A DNA stretch of 64,000 nucleotides from Octopus sinensis (Eukaryota), in assembly GCF_006345805.1 (NCBI RefSeq), contig NC_043004.1, forward strand, positions 40,548,001 through 40,612,000, written 5' to 3'. Positions 1-12,900 of the stretch are shown here, piece by piece; position 1 is the stretch's first letter; the number at the start of each line of letters is the position of its first letter. Both the position numbers and the translations under genes were made by a program. The notes beneath the pieces are model-generated. The model ran no database searches. It was not told where the DNA came from and saw only the letters and a program-made list of their open reading frames with translations.

Positions 1-1117
1 AAACAAATAATACAGTAAAATAGTAAAAGAGTACTCTGATGGTTGAAAAAAAATTGTGAATATGTTATAATATGATGCATGGATGCCAGGGAAGAATGTC
101 CTGTGCATCACATGCATGTAAATAATACATGTGACCGGCCATGGGTGAACTTGCATAACTTTCATAACCAGTTCTGGTTAATACATGAACTGCATAATTT
201 CACAATTACGCTGTGATTTTGTAAATGACATTACAAAGAGTGTGCCAAGTATATTACTTTGCTTCCACCTACACCTATTGACCCTTACTAACTTTGACTA
301 TAGTCCCAACCCACACTATTCCTTTTGGTACTACCTTTAACATATCTCTGCCAATTAAGATCAATTATCGCATTGGAGACTTATCACCTAGATTATAATT
401 ACAATCTTTAAATAAGATCCTTTTATAAGGTCTTAAATACATTTTTAAAGAATTTCTTTTTGGAAAGTCTTTTTATGCATCTCTTTATTAACATCATAAA
501 ATATTCACATCCATTCTTCATATTCATACTCCAGTCTAATTTCCATTATTTTCTCTACCATTCTTAATCCATCTTCCCAATTATTTTCTCATCACCCCCG
601 ACCACCGACATAAGTTTCAGTTGCCTGATTTACTCCAATCACCATTTAACTGCAATGATTTAATTTTTTAATTATTTGATAATTGAATTTAATTATTTCA
701 TTACATAATTTTTTAATTACCCATAATTTGTTACAACTTGCAAGAATTACTCCCTTTTCAACCTTGTACAGTCATTAGCATACAGCTTCTTAAACTTACA
801 TGCTCATACTCTACTTGTTTAGTCATATTTAACACTTCATTTTCATTAACTTAAGAGTGCATGACTTTATTCCCCACATTTTTCTTTCCTGTCTAATTTC
901 AACACTTTTCTGCCAATAAATTGCTCCATATTTCATTCACATCCCTTTCACTTGTCCTACATTTTAATCTTGAATTCTAATTATACATCTTAATTTTTTT
1001 TTTAATTTGCCTTCTTTAAGAAACTGTCCTCTCCTTTAACCCTGGACTGACAAACCCTTGTGAGTGCATTTGATAGATGGAAGCTCATCGTATACATATA
1101 TATATTATATATATATA

Positions 1118-1362
1118 TTGTGCCGGTGGCATGTAAAAAGCACCATCCGATCGTGGCCGTTTGCCAGCCTCGTCTGGCACGTAAAAAGCACCCACTACAC
1201 TCATGGAGTGGTTGGCGTTAGGAAGGGCATCCAGCCATAGAAACATTGCCTGATCAGACTGGCCCTGGTGCAGCCTTCTGGCTTCCCAGACCCTAGTTGA
1301 ACCGTCCAACCCATGCTAGCATGGAAAGTTGACGCTAAATGATGATGATGATGATGATGATG
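1118..1362 (+). mobile_element. 5'-truncated 3' end of RTE-clade LINE (3'UTR + (ATG)n tail)
   Basis: Shares ggttggcgttaggaagggcatccag...ccatgctagcatggaaag and the (ATG)n tail with copies that are contiguous with RTE ORF2 C-terminal codons at 53372-54495 and 61877-62655; flanked by (TA)n. Confidence 0.75.
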
Positions 1363-1726
1363 ATATATATATATATATATATATTTATATAATAAGATAA
1401 AAATTGTTATGGCTAGTCTATGGGGTTACCCAGGGTTTCACATCCATAAGGTGCTTAGCTTTACAGCATCACCACCAGTCATTAGGGTCTGAAGAGACAC
1501 CATAAAGCTAAATGCCAATAGACTGGCCGTAACTGTCTTTATCTAATTACTCAACTGCTCTATAACTTAGAATGTGCTTCTCTTTCAGATTTACAATTTA
1601 CTGATGATATATATATATATATATATACAGTTAATCCAAACTTGAACAAGCAAGAAAAAGCAACATGAGGACGTGGAATAAGTACAGTGTTATTGGACGC
1701 TCAGGAAAGGAAAGAAAAGAAAGAGA

Positions 1727-1761
1727 ATTTCATGTTTCGAGCAAAGCTCTTTGTCAGAAAT
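1727..1761 (-). ncRNA. Decayed minimal hammerhead ribozyme motif (PLE-type)
   Basis: Minus strand ATTT-CTGACAA-A-GAGC ttt GCTC-GAAAC-ATG-AAAT. Helices I and II are intact; the core deviations (CTGACAA, ACAT) are those expected from CpG decay of CTGACGA and ACGT. Confidence 0.45.
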
Positions 1762-1848
1762 ATAGAAAAAGTCCAAAGAAGGGAAGATGGAGAAAGAAAA
1801 TCGCCAATGATACACATGCGGTCACATATTGAATATATATATATTTAC

Positions 1849-1907
<59 letters not shown>

Positions 1908-2299
1908 TAAGGAGTGTGTGCGTTACATAAATAATATTTTCAGGATTAAATACAAAGGCAACAGATAGAAAACATGACCTACCTATATATATAATTAAAA
2001 AAATGTGTAGTAAATAAACAAACGAACATATACTAAATACACAGGCAGACAGAAAACACAGAAGGTCACCAATTCTTCATCAGTTATTGGCCAGAGGGTC
2101 AAACGCAATTCCAGTCATTATTGATAATATTGCTTCCACTCTGGAGGCACCGACAAGAAACTTGCGGGGAATGGGACCAAAATACAACAAAACAAAACAG
2201 GCTCGAGACAAGACCATTAGTGGATGGATGAGGGACAAAACAATAAACAAAATAAAGGCTTAGGGCAACACAAAGAGAACAGTTAATAATGATAATACA

Positions 2300-3074
2300 T
2301 ACTCTTACTTACTCCCTCCACAACACTAATCTCAAAAAGTCTTCTTGTGAACATGACCTGGGCATTATTGCCGACAGCGATTGCATTGGACAAAACAAAT
2401 CGCTAAAATTGCCAAGAAGGCTGAGGGTGTCTTGGCATCACTCACCAAGTCCTTTGTGAGCCGCTCTCCGGCTATCTATCCGCAGATTTATATAGCTATG
2501 GTACGACCTCACCTGGAATTTGCATCACTGGTCTGGATCCCCTACCTTGCCCAGGACATTAATCATCTGGAAGCCGTTCAATGACATGCAACCAAGAGAA
2601 TACCCTCCATCTGGCCTTTGGCATATTCTGAACGCCTTACTTCCCTGGGCATGGATACATTGAAACTTCGATGTCTGGCAGCTGACTTGGCAGACACCCA
2701 TAAAATTATTAACCATCTTACTAACAATAACTCTGAGCACCTTTTCAAACTCCATCTGTCTAACACCCGTGGACATGTTTACAAAGTCAGAAAACAGCAC
2801 AGCTCCCACGACTTTCGGAAACATTTTTTCACACTAAGAGTTGCTGAAGCGTGGAACAGGCTGCCAGCATCGGTTGTTAGTTGTCGGAGCACTGCATCCT
2901 TCAAAACTTCCATGCTTCCTGAGATTCGCCAACACTACACCTGATTTTCTCCCCTCCATACACACGCAAGCATGTATCTGACTGTTCACTTTCCAGACAT
3001 TTGTACATTACTGCATATTCTTTATACACACTCTTGACAACTTGTGGTGCATCTGAGCACTGTATACAATAATT

Positions 3075-3114
<40 letters not shown>
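2300..3114 (+). mobile_element. 5'-truncated CR1-clade LINE, ORF2 C-terminus, disrupted; (ATT)n tail
   Basis: Translates to HDLGII...MVRPHLEFASLVWIPYLAQDINHLEAVQ*HATKRIP...ERLTSLGMDTL...TRGHVYKV...HFFTLRVAEAWNRLP, the CR1 post-RT motifs; internal stop at 2582; ORF ends 2944; (ATT)n tail follows. Confidence 0.85.
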
Positions 3115-3117
<3 letters not shown>

Positions 3118-3436
3118 CAAGGTAAAGCCTTGATGCTGCAAGACAAGACAAAAAAGGGTAACGCAAAGGAGAAATGAGAACTGTCCTAAAGGTGGGGGTA
3201 CAGCGAGGAGCTCAGAAAATTGTGTCCAGTATGGTCGAAGGCAATGTGAAAAAGAATGACACATCCTTAGGTCATCACGAGTCATGTGATAGTGGGAGGA
3301 GGGTAACAGAGAGAGAGAGAGTGAGAGAGAAGGAGAAAGAAAGAGAGAGGAAGAAAGGAAATTAAGAGAAGAATAATAAAGCCAAGTGACAGAGTGATAC
3401 AAAAAATATTGCAAGAATATTTCTATAAATGGGATA

Positions 3437-3437
<1 letters not shown>

Positions 3438-3498
<61 letters not shown>
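3438..3498. repeat. (TA)n microsatellite
   Basis: Pure TA run of about 60 bp. Confidence 0.95.
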
Positions 3499-3501
<3 letters not shown>

Positions 3502-3511
3502 TATAAATAAG

Positions 3512-3543
3512 GATAATATCGATATTTAAATATCGATATTATC
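3512..3543. repeat. Perfect 32-bp palindrome
   Basis: GATAATATCGATATTT|AAATATCGATATTATC is its own reverse complement. Confidence 0.95.
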
Positions 3544-3589
3544 AAAGTGGCCAGCATGGGAATAAATACCATAAAAGGTAATAATTTTT

Positions 3590-3828
3590 TTACATATAAC
3601 TATAAAAAAGTTTATCTGAGAGACACCACCATGCCGAAATAGCAGTCAAACCCTGACTCTAAAAACCACCTAAAATGTTCATATCGCACTATGAGATAAG
3701 ACAGAGAGACAAAATAAACTAGCAAAAAGTTTTGCAAGTTTATTTTGTCTCTCTGTTTTATCTCAGGGTTTGACTGCTATTTCGGCCTGGTGGTGTCTCT
3801 CAGATAACCTTATTTATAGTTATATATA
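3590..3828. repeat. Nested fold-back (inverted repeat)
   Basis: Arms 3612-3656/3763-3807 (45 bp, 1 mismatch) and 3692-3720/3737-3765; the left arm has a 35-bp insert; short outer arms tataactataaa/tttatagttata. Confidence 0.9.
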
Positions 3829-3955
3829 TAAGTGTTTGTTTTCCTGTTGAGCCATACATTATAAAAACAATTTTATGTTAAACTAAGATATTACTCAATG
3901 CGTTTTTGTAAAGTATATATTTATTGTACTTTTTACAAGAAGAGTGATGATGATG

Positions 3956-4026
3956 ACTTTGAAGTTTTGACCGGCTAGCCTTCATGCCACAGTTTGATTA
4001 AGACTAAAAGGTCAAAACTTCAAAGT
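3956..4026. repeat. 17-bp perfect inverted repeat with 37-nt spacer
   Basis: ACTTTGAAGTTTTGACC (3956-3972) / GGTCAAAACTTCAAAGT (4010-4026). Confidence 0.9.
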
Positions 4027-4070
4027 TTCCAACACCACTCTTCTAAATAAGTGTGTGTGTGTGTGCGTAC

Positions 4071-4114
<44 letters not shown>

Positions 4115-4122
4115 CTATATAT

Positions 4123-4172
<50 letters not shown>

Positions 4173-4179
4173 TAGATAG

Positions 4180-4210
<31 letters not shown>

Positions 4211-4357
4211 GATAGATAGATCTATATATATATATATAGATAGATAGATAGATAGATAGACAGAAAGATAGATAGACAGATTGACAGACACATAGACAGA
4301 CAGCTAGACAGACAGCCAGAGAGACAGACAGACAGACAGATAGATAGATAGATAGAT
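4071..4357. repeat. (GATA)n/(GACA)n compound microsatellite
   Basis: Direct reading. Confidence 0.95.
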
Positions 4358-4504
4358 GGCACTTTAGTGATGACTATACTTGTTGTCTTTTGGTTATAAA
4401 TTGCGAATAGCCACCTTAATAATTAATAATTCTCGTTTCACCATTTTCGGAATCAGTCAACGTTTACTATGGTATTCTCAATAAGGTTTCCTATGGTGTT
4501 CTCA

Positions 4505-4690
4505 GGGTTAGGATTAGGATTAAATTTAAGGGTAGTGTTTAGAGTTAGAATTGCACTAGGGTTAAAGTTAGGTTCAACATTAGGGTTTAGGATTAGGGTT
4601 AAAGTTAGAGTTATGGTTAGGGGTTAGGGTTAGTATTTACAGGTTAGGCTGGGATTAGGGTTTAGAATGAAGGGTTAGTTTTAAGGCAAG
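4505..4690 (+). repeat. Degenerate TTAGGG-like tract
   Basis: Many TTAGGG/TTAGGA/TTAGAG/GTTAGG variants; a shorter similar tract lies inside the MITE at about 37391-37420. Confidence 0.7.
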
Positions 4691-5439
4691 GGCTAACAAC
4701 AACGATGACCACATCACTATTATTGTTGTTGCTATTATATTATATTTTTTTTATTGTTCTCAATGTTTTATTTATATTTTCTTTCATAACTTTGATGTTA
4801 AGGCTTTCCATCAATGACCATCCCAGTTATTTCCTTTTTTTATTATTGAAAACAGATATTTATGACTATGTTCTTTGTGTTTTTAAGATACTAGAGTGCA
4901 ACTCGAGGGTGATTTAGCTGCTATTTCTAGTAGGTCAAGCCACTACAAAGAGACTTGGCATTGTTATTATTGATTGTTTATCTTGGTGATGTTGTACTCT
5001 ACTATTTATTGTTGTTGTTCTTGTTATCTTGAATTTTCTCTGTTCTTGAAGCTGACCGTTTTCTAGCAAATCTTAATTTGCTGTTGTAGATGATGATACT
5101 CATGGTGATGGTGGTCGTAGAGGTGGTGGTCATGGTGATGGTGGTGGTCATGGTGGTGGTGGTGGTCGTCGTCGTCGCCATGGTCATGATGACTAACTAG
5201 AAAACTTCATTACATATTGTTATTCCGTTCTTGGTGCTGTTGTTGTTGTTATTGTTACTTTGTAGCTTATCACATCAGCACTAAGTATGTATCTTCTGGC
5301 AATGACAGGTAATAACGGCGGCGGCGGTGATTGTGGTGGTTGTGGTGGTGGTGGTGGTGGTGGTGGTGGTGGTTGTAGTGATGTTGCTCCTAGTGGGTTA
5401 AGGGTGAATGTTCTTTAGGAATTTTTGTACACATAGACA

Positions 5440-6044
5440 CAAACATATACACACACACACACAAACATATATATATATATATATATATAAATTGAAATAT
5501 ATATATACATACAAATATATATATATATACACACATATATATATATACATATATAAGCATATATATATATGCATACATCTATATATATATCTATATACAT
5601 ATATGTATATATACACACACACACATATATATATATACATATGTACATATACATATATATATATATATATATACACATGTGTATGTGGGCACAAGACGTC
5701 ATGAAACGTGTTGTGACATCCTGTGCCCACATATACATATATACATATAGATGTATGTACATATACGTGTGTGTATATGTATATGCATATATATATATAT
5801 TGTTTGTATAATCATGTGATTGAATGCCACACATCCTCTTCGAAGTATATATATATATATATATATATGCATGCGTATACACACATATACTGGATGTACT
5901 TCCCCCACCCCTCATCACCTCTTGCTCCAATCTCCAATGATACATTTATCTTACAACCAGCCACGCTTATCTTTTCTGCCTGGCTCAAATGAATTTATTC
6001 CACTAAGATTTCATGTGCAAGATGTATAAGAAACACACATGCAG

Positions 6045-6100
<56 letters not shown>

Positions 6101-6183
6101 TCACACAAGCACAAACACACACACCAGCAAGCATATCTAGAAATGCATATGTGTGTGTATACATATTTATATATATATATATA

Positions 6184-6218
<35 letters not shown>

Positions 6219-6449
6219 CATGCACTCACAGAGCAACATATACACATACATAAATACACACACTCTCACATACATATAAATGTGTGTGTGTATAAATTTA
6301 CATTTATATACACATGCATTAAGGCATGCATTAAAGCTTTGCTAAGATAGGCACACACACACATATATATATATATATGTGTGTGTATATATATATATGT
6401 GTATATATATATATATATATATGTGTGTGTATACATGTATATATATACG

Positions 6450-6482
<33 letters not shown>

Positions 6483-6630
6483 GTATATATATATATCTAT
6501 ATATGTATATATGTATGTATGTATGTATGTATATATATATGTATGTGTACATACATATGCATACACACACATGCACACGTATTTATATACAATGGCATAC
6601 AAAAGAAATGTACACACACACACATGCCTA
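5440..6630. repeat. Compound (TA)n/(CA)n/(TATG)n microsatellite field
   Basis: Direct reading; source of many spurious YI/HT/CV ORFs. Confidence 0.95.
5682..5733 (-). other. 20-bp hairpin embedded in microsatellite
   Basis: TATGTGGGCACAAGACGTCA / TGACATCCTGTGCCCACATA, 18/20 Watson-Crick; the two mismatches become G-U pairs on the minus strand; 12-nt loop. Confidence 0.8.
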
Positions 6631-6959
6631 AAAGGTGTAAATATATACATCTTTCTCTATACTTTAGCTCATAAACACTCACACATCAATATTTATGTGT
6701 GTCTTATGAATTTGTTTACAGATTTATGACCAACGTACGTACATTTTTTTAAACGAAGATATCTTTCTCAACAGACAATTGTTTTAACTTTACATTTTGG
6801 TATTACATATAAAATGAATTTATGGATATTAGTAACAGAGGCTTACACACACACACACACACGTACACATGCCCAAACACATATACACAGACATGCACAC
6901 AATCATACATACACAAACACACACACACACACACACGCACACATGCCCAATCACATATA

Positions 6960-7189
6960 TATTTCTTTACTACCCACAAGGGGGCTAAACACAGAGAAGA
7001 CAAACAAGGACAGACAAAGGGATTAAGTCGATCATATCGACCCCAGTGCGTAACTGGTACTTAATTTATCGACCCCGAAAAGATGAAAGGCAAAGTCGAC
7101 CTCGGCGGAATTTGAACTCACAACGTAACGTCAGACGAAATACCGCTAAGCATTTCGCCCGGCGTGCTAACGTTTCTGCCAGCTCGCCG
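6960..7189 (-). mobile_element. tRNA-headed SINE, family C (GGCGAGCTGGCAGAA head, GAAATA tail)
   Basis: A-box-like GGCGAGCTGGCAGAAACGTTAGC, B-box-like GAGTTCAAATTCC; at least 8 copies in the window. Confidence 0.8.
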
Positions 7190-7824
7190 CCCAAACACAT
7201 ATACACCGACATGCACACAATCATACATACACAAACACACACACACACACACACACACACGTACACACACACACACACACACGTACACATGCCCAAACAC
7301 ATATACACAGACATGCACACAATCATACATACACAAACACACACACGCGCGCATGCACATATGCACACAGACACACGCACAAAGATATATTGATTACCTA
7401 CCTGAACTGCGTGACAGCCTCAGTGGTGTTGGCAGTAGGAAATACTTCCCAGTATATTCTGTAAAGTGACCGGCATTAGGAAAGCCATCAAGTCATAAAA
7501 ACAACACCAGAGCAGATAAGAAAGCACAATGCAGTCCTTGGGGTCCACTGGATCCAGCCAAACTGTCCAACCTGTACCGGAATGGAAAATTGGCATTAAA
7601 TGATGATAAAGATGATGATGATATATATATATATATATACATATATTTCCACACGAAAGCACGTGATCTCTGCCTTTGGCATGTAGCTTCAACCGTGTTT
7701 TTCTGACATGAATTTGCTACCCGGGTATCGGTTAACCGAATTATCCATACTAGGATAATTCATTCAACTACTTATATACATATATATGTATATATATATA
7801 TATATACATATATATTATATATAC

Positions 7825-7856
<32 letters not shown>

Positions 7857-7984
7857 ATATATACACAAACTTTATTTGTGGATTAACAAGGCAATAAGTG
7901 GTTTCATGTGTTAAAGATCTCCACAATTATTCAAGCAAACCACTTGGAAATGTTAGTTCTCATTTTCATTTTGCATGATATTAG

Positions 7985-8029
<45 letters not shown>

Positions 8030-8158
8030 ATGTGTGTGTAGTTTGTAGATCCAATATAGGTAGAATCAATAAAAAAAAGGACTCCATTCAGTGAATGAGA
8101 AATATCACTTTCATACATATTACAAAAGAGCTACTAAGGAAGGACTTCCAACCACATT

Positions 8159-8757
8159 TCATGGTTCGCTACCTTTATATAGCTATGGTAAGACCTCACC
8201 TGGAATTTGCATCACCGGTCTGGAACCCCTATCTTGCCCAGGATATCAATCGTCTGGAAGCCATTCAGCGACGTGCAACCAAAAGAATACCCTCCATCAG
8301 GCATTTGCCATATCCTGAACGCCTTACTTCCCTGGGCATGGACACATTGAAACTCCGACGTCTGGCAGCTGACTTGGCAGACACCCATAAAATTATCAAC
8401 CATCGCACAAACAATAACTCTGAGCACCTCTTCAAACTCCACCCATCTAACACCCGTGGACATATTTACAAAGTAAGAAAACAGCACAGCTCCCATGACT
8501 TCAGGAAACATTTTTTCACGCTGAGAGTTGCTGAAGCGTGGAACAAACTGCCGGCATCGGTTGTTAGTTGTCGGAGCACTGCATCCTTCAAAACTTCCAT
8601 GCTTCCTGAGATTCGCCAACACTACACTTGATACACACACAAGCATGTTCACTTTTCAGACATTTCTACACTACTGCATGTACTTTATATGCACTTTCTG
8701 ACAAGTTGTGGTGCACCTGAGCACTGTATACAATAATTTCATTATTATTATTATTAT
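8159..8757 (+). mobile_element. Second, shorter 5'-truncated CR1-clade LINE 3' fragment
   Basis: Open frame YIAMVRPHLEFASPVWNPYLAQDINRLEAIQRRATKRIP...WNKLP...RQHYT* (to 8631), closely similar to 2300-3114; (ATT)n tail. Confidence 0.85.
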
Positions 8758-9299
8758 TAACAGTTCCTTTATAGGATCCAGTGGCTAAAGACATCATCAG
8801 GAGAAACCACGTCCAGTTTTGGCCCGTACTCCTCTACTGTTTTCAACATGGTAGGCCCCACTCCCTTTCGGAGGTGTCTTCGGCTCTGGTGTTGAGTGCA
8901 TTTTTTTCTTTCCCCTTTTTTCTGTGTATATGTGTTCTTTAGGTTGTTTGAGGCAGCATCAATGAATGTCAGCAAATGAATGACCATCTTACCAAATTTC
9001 CCTTTAAATACTCACTGGTAGGCTCCAGCAGCCAGCACCAGCTAACTGTCACGTTACACTATCTAAGCTTCAACTGACCAATGGAAGGGAAGGGTGCGTA
9101 GTTTTGGCCCATGTCTTCTCTAAACCTACCTTCCAACAGCATCGTGGTAGTTTCAGTTCCAACAGCTAGAGCCGACTTGTTGTCTGGTGGTACAAGCCTT
9201 CAATCCAGGAAGGTGTGCAAGGAACAAGATTGCTCCCTTGGCCCACCTATCAAGCAGCAACACTGTTCAAGTGCCAGCCAGCCTCACCTAGTGTCACTA

Positions 9300-9700
9300 T
9301 TTCCCAATCGGCATGTTATGTATCCTCGTTATTACTTTTCTCAGTTCTGAGCTTGAAAATGCAACCTTTCTTTAAAATAATGTCACCATTTTTCTTTCAG
9401 TGAAGCCTCAAGCAAGCACTGCTGGGTGGTAATACTTAACTGTCCACCCCTGTACTCCACACCCTTCAATTAATCTCTCATACTTCTTCTCCTTCCATTG
9501 CTCTGAATTAGTAATGTTCTCTTCCCATGGCACTATCAACTCTAGCAAAATTCCAATTTTCCATTCCACATTCCATAGGATTAAGTCCAGTGTTTTTAAT
9601 CCATGGAATATTGAAATGATACCCATCTTGTCCATTCCACAGAACACGAGTATACCAAAGAGCATGATAAGAGGGATGAGTCTGTGAAACACGTTTAAGA
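9300..9700 (-). mobile_element. Relic of restriction-like endonuclease (RLE) domain of a HERO/R2-group non-LTR retrotransposon
   Basis: TLDLILWNVEWKIGILLELIVPWEENITNSEQWKEKKYERLIEGCGVQGWTVKYYHPAVLA*GF matches the recalled pattern RPD(I/L)VLW...LELTVPWEEN...K..KY..L...C...GW......EVGCRGF. Confidence 0.7.
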
Positions 9701-10349
9701 TCATCTCAAACACGAATGAGAATATTAGGATTTTCATGGGGATCACCAACCATAAGGATGGCTACTTCATTAGATGTGGGCTCATTAAAACAGCATAAAA
9801 TGTCCTTTACTATAGTTTACTATAGATGTAAGGAATGCAAAAACACAATCATAGAATTGATAATATTGAAAACAGCAAAATGTACACATACAAAGTTCAG
9901 GTGAAACAAAATGTTGTCAATATAGGTGCAAAACATACTTTCTGTAGCATAGTTATGCTATAAAAATATGGAAAGTCCCCAATTTAGCAAAAGTTAGTAT
10001 GCGTCAATAATGTAACAGAGTACAGAAAGTCAACATTTATTTGGAATATGTACTAAATGTTATAAAATTCACGATTGGATATCACGGTGAAGAAAATGAA
10101 ATCCAAGAAAATTCAGAAGGTATAATTTAATTTTTCATACAAAATAATTTATTTTACAATTTTGAAACAAATACTTAAGCAAGTGGAAGATGCTGGTGTT
10201 GTAACATTAATTTAAAATATTTGCTGAAGGATGCATGTAGCAAGATATAAATCAATTCTACATTACTATATATTTTTGAACTGTGAAATGTTATAAGCTG
10301 TAGAATAAATACTAATGCAGTAAAAAGGTTGTGTGACATTGATACACAC

Positions 10350-10815
10350 ATCATCATCATCATCATTTAACGTCCGTTTTCCATGCTAGCATGGGTTGGA
10401 CGGTTTTGACTGAGGGCTGGCAACCAGATGGCTGCACCAGGCTCCAGTCTTGATCTGGCAGAGTTTCTACAGCTGGATGCCCTTCCTAATGCCAACCACT
10501 CCGAGAGTGTAATGGGTGCTTTTTATGTGCCACCTGCACGGGGGCCAGTCAGGCGGTACTGGCAATGACCTCGCTCGAATCTTTTTACACGTGCCACCGA
10601 CACAGGTGCCAGTGAATTGACGTTGGTAACGATCACGCTCGAATGGTGCCCTTTTACGTGCCATGGGTACGGAAGCCAGTTGGCTGCTCTGGCAACGATC
10701 ACAACAATCATGCTCAGATGGTGCTCTTGACACCCTACTAGCACAGGCACAAGTGTCAGTAAGGCGACGCTGGTAAGGATCATACTCGAATAGCCTCTCT
10801 GTCAACGATCACACT
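10350..10815 (-). mobile_element. RTE-clade LINE 3' end
   Basis: (CAT)n followed by ttaacgtccgttttccatgctagc and several 3'UTR repeat units. Confidence 0.75.
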
Positions 10816-11164
10816 GTGATGCAGAATACAAGGACTGTTAAAAAAAACATTATTTTGAATCTGGTTAGAAGGAGCTGAATAATATTTCTGTAATTATATT
10901 GGAAGAGCCGCCGAGGCTTTCTACTTGGCCAAGTTTCTGAATTTGTTATAACCAGAATAACGTTTTTTGTCAGATATATTTGCTTAGTATTGTGAGTGGT
11001 GTTAAATCAGTCAAATATTCATGTTTGTAGTACTTGAAACTGAACGTTGTTGTTTGTTTGAAATGAAGACCGCAAGTAAAATTTCACTGAAGCCTATATC
11101 TGTCCCTCTGTGTGTTGGTTATCACAAAAATGTATGTATACTGACAGACACATACATTTCGTTT

Positions 11165-11497
11165 AGTATATATATATATATATATATATCACATGATCAC
11201 GTGACCGACAAGGCTATCAGATGTTGCTACACATCGCTAGTCACAATGCACTTTGCATTGATTTAGCCTTCAAATGACGCCACCCCGCTGGCTGAGCGAG
11301 CAGGCCAACAGAAGAAAGAGTGAGAGAAAGTTGCGTCGTAGGAGTACAGCAGGGATTGCCACCACCCCCTGCTGGAACCTCATGGAGCTATAGGTGTTTT
11401 CGCTCAATAAACACTCACAACGCGTGGTATGGGAATCAAAACCGCGATCCTACGACCGCGAGTCCACTGCCCTAAACACTGGGCCATTGCACCTCCA
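11165..11497 (-). mobile_element. tRNA-headed SINE, family D (tail type 1)
   Basis: Head GGTGCAATGGCCCAGTG.TTAGG...GGTTTTGATTCCC; the first ~180 bp are shared with 31235-31608. Confidence 0.7.
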
Positions 11498-11520
11498 CAC
11501 ACACACACATATATATATAC

Positions 11521-11697
11521 GTGCAGACGTAGCTGTGTGGTGGTAGAAGCTTGCTTCCCAACTACTTGGTTCTAAGTCTAGTCCCACTGTGTGGCACCTT
11601 GGGCAAGTGTCTTCTACTATAGCCTTGGGCTGACCAAAGCCTTGTGACTGGATTTGTTTGACAGAAACTGAAAGAAGCTCATTGTATATATATATAT
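11521..11697 (+). mobile_element. tRNA-headed CORE-like SINE (family B), 5' half
   Basis: GTGTGGCACCTTGGGCAAGTGTCTT resembles the CORE-SINE motif; ends in the family's internal (TA)n. Confidence 0.7.
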
Positions 11698-11902
11698 AAA
11701 TTTAAATAATGAGGGAAATAAATTGAATATTAATTTAATTAATACCAATTTAAAACCAGTAGCCTAGCATCCAAAAATCTGAAAAATCAGAGAAAATTCT
11801 AATACATGTGTATATTTTAAGGGCTAAAAACCACTATGTGGACAGCCATATGCTAGAAATAGATCACCTTAAAATATACATATATTTATATATATATATC
11901 AT

Positions 11903-12900
11903 CATCATCATTTAGCGTCCGTTTTCCATGCTAGCATGGGTCAGACGGTTCAACTGGGGTCTGGGGAGCCCGAAGGCTGCACCAGGCCAGTCAGATCTGG
12001 CAGTGTTTCTACAGCTGGATGCCCTTCCTAACGCCAACCACTCCGAGAGTGTAGTGGGTGATTTTATGTGCCACCGACACAGGCGCCAGACGAGGCTGGC
12101 GAACGGCCACGCTCGGATGGTTTTCTAGTGTGCCACCGGCACTGGTACCACAAAGATACAAATTCCATTGATGTTCATCTATTTTGATTTGTTTTGATTT
12201 GATTTTCACTTGCCTCAACAGGTCTTCACAGGTCTTCACAAGTGTCACAAGAAGGAAGGAAGGTATGCACGGCCACGCTCGGATGGTGTTTTTTATGTGC
12301 CACCGACACAGGTGCCAGATGAGGCTGGCAGACGGCCACGCTCGGATGGTGTTTTTATGTGCCACCGACACAGGTGCCAGATGAGGCTGGCGAACGGCCA
12401 CGATCGGATGGTGTTTGTTACGTGCCCACAGCATGGAGGCCAGTCGATGTGGTACTGGCTACGGCCACGTTTGGATGGTTTTCTTGTGTGCCACCGGCAC
12501 TGGTACCACAAAGATATAAATTCCATTGATGTTCATCTATTTTGATTTGTTTTGATTTTCACTTGCCTCAACAGGTCTTCACAAGTGTCACAAGAAGGAA
12601 GGTATGCACAGGTGGACTGACTACGTCCCAGGTAGGGGCCATGGGTTATGGCCTGACTAGTCTTGCCGGGTCTTCGGATGGTGTTTTTATGTGCCACCAA
12701 CACAGGTTCCAGATGAGGCTGGCGAACGGCCACGATCGGATGGAGTTTGTTACGTGCCCACAGCACGGAGGCCAGTCGATGCGGTACTGGCTACCGCCAC
12801 GTTCGGATGGTTTTCTTGTGTGCCACCGGCACTGGTACCACAAAGATACAAATTCCATTGATGTTCATCTATTTTGATTTGTTTTGATTTGATTTGATTT
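11903..12900 (-). mobile_element. RTE 3' end with expanded tandem 3'UTR array (~1 kb)
   Basis: Terminal ~190 bp plus multiple ~62-bp units (ggccacgctcggatggtgttttt atgtgccaccgacacaggtgccag) and ~330-360-bp higher-order units. Confidence 0.75.

Noticed and set aside
330-1050. Purine-rich minus-strand stretch with protein-like fragments (possible old LINE)
   Set aside because: Too many stops and no diagnostic motif to assign a family.
5390-6729. Dozens of YI/HT/CV-rich ORFs (likewise at 15.2, 32.6, 43.3, 46-47, 50.6, 55.3, 58.8 and 60.0 kb)
   Set aside because: Translations of microsatellites and low-complexity tracts; no coding signal.
8780-8830. CTGATGA plus GGCCAAAAC on the minus strand downstream of the RLE relic
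   Set aside because: No room for helix I and GAAA is absent; not a hammerhead as written.
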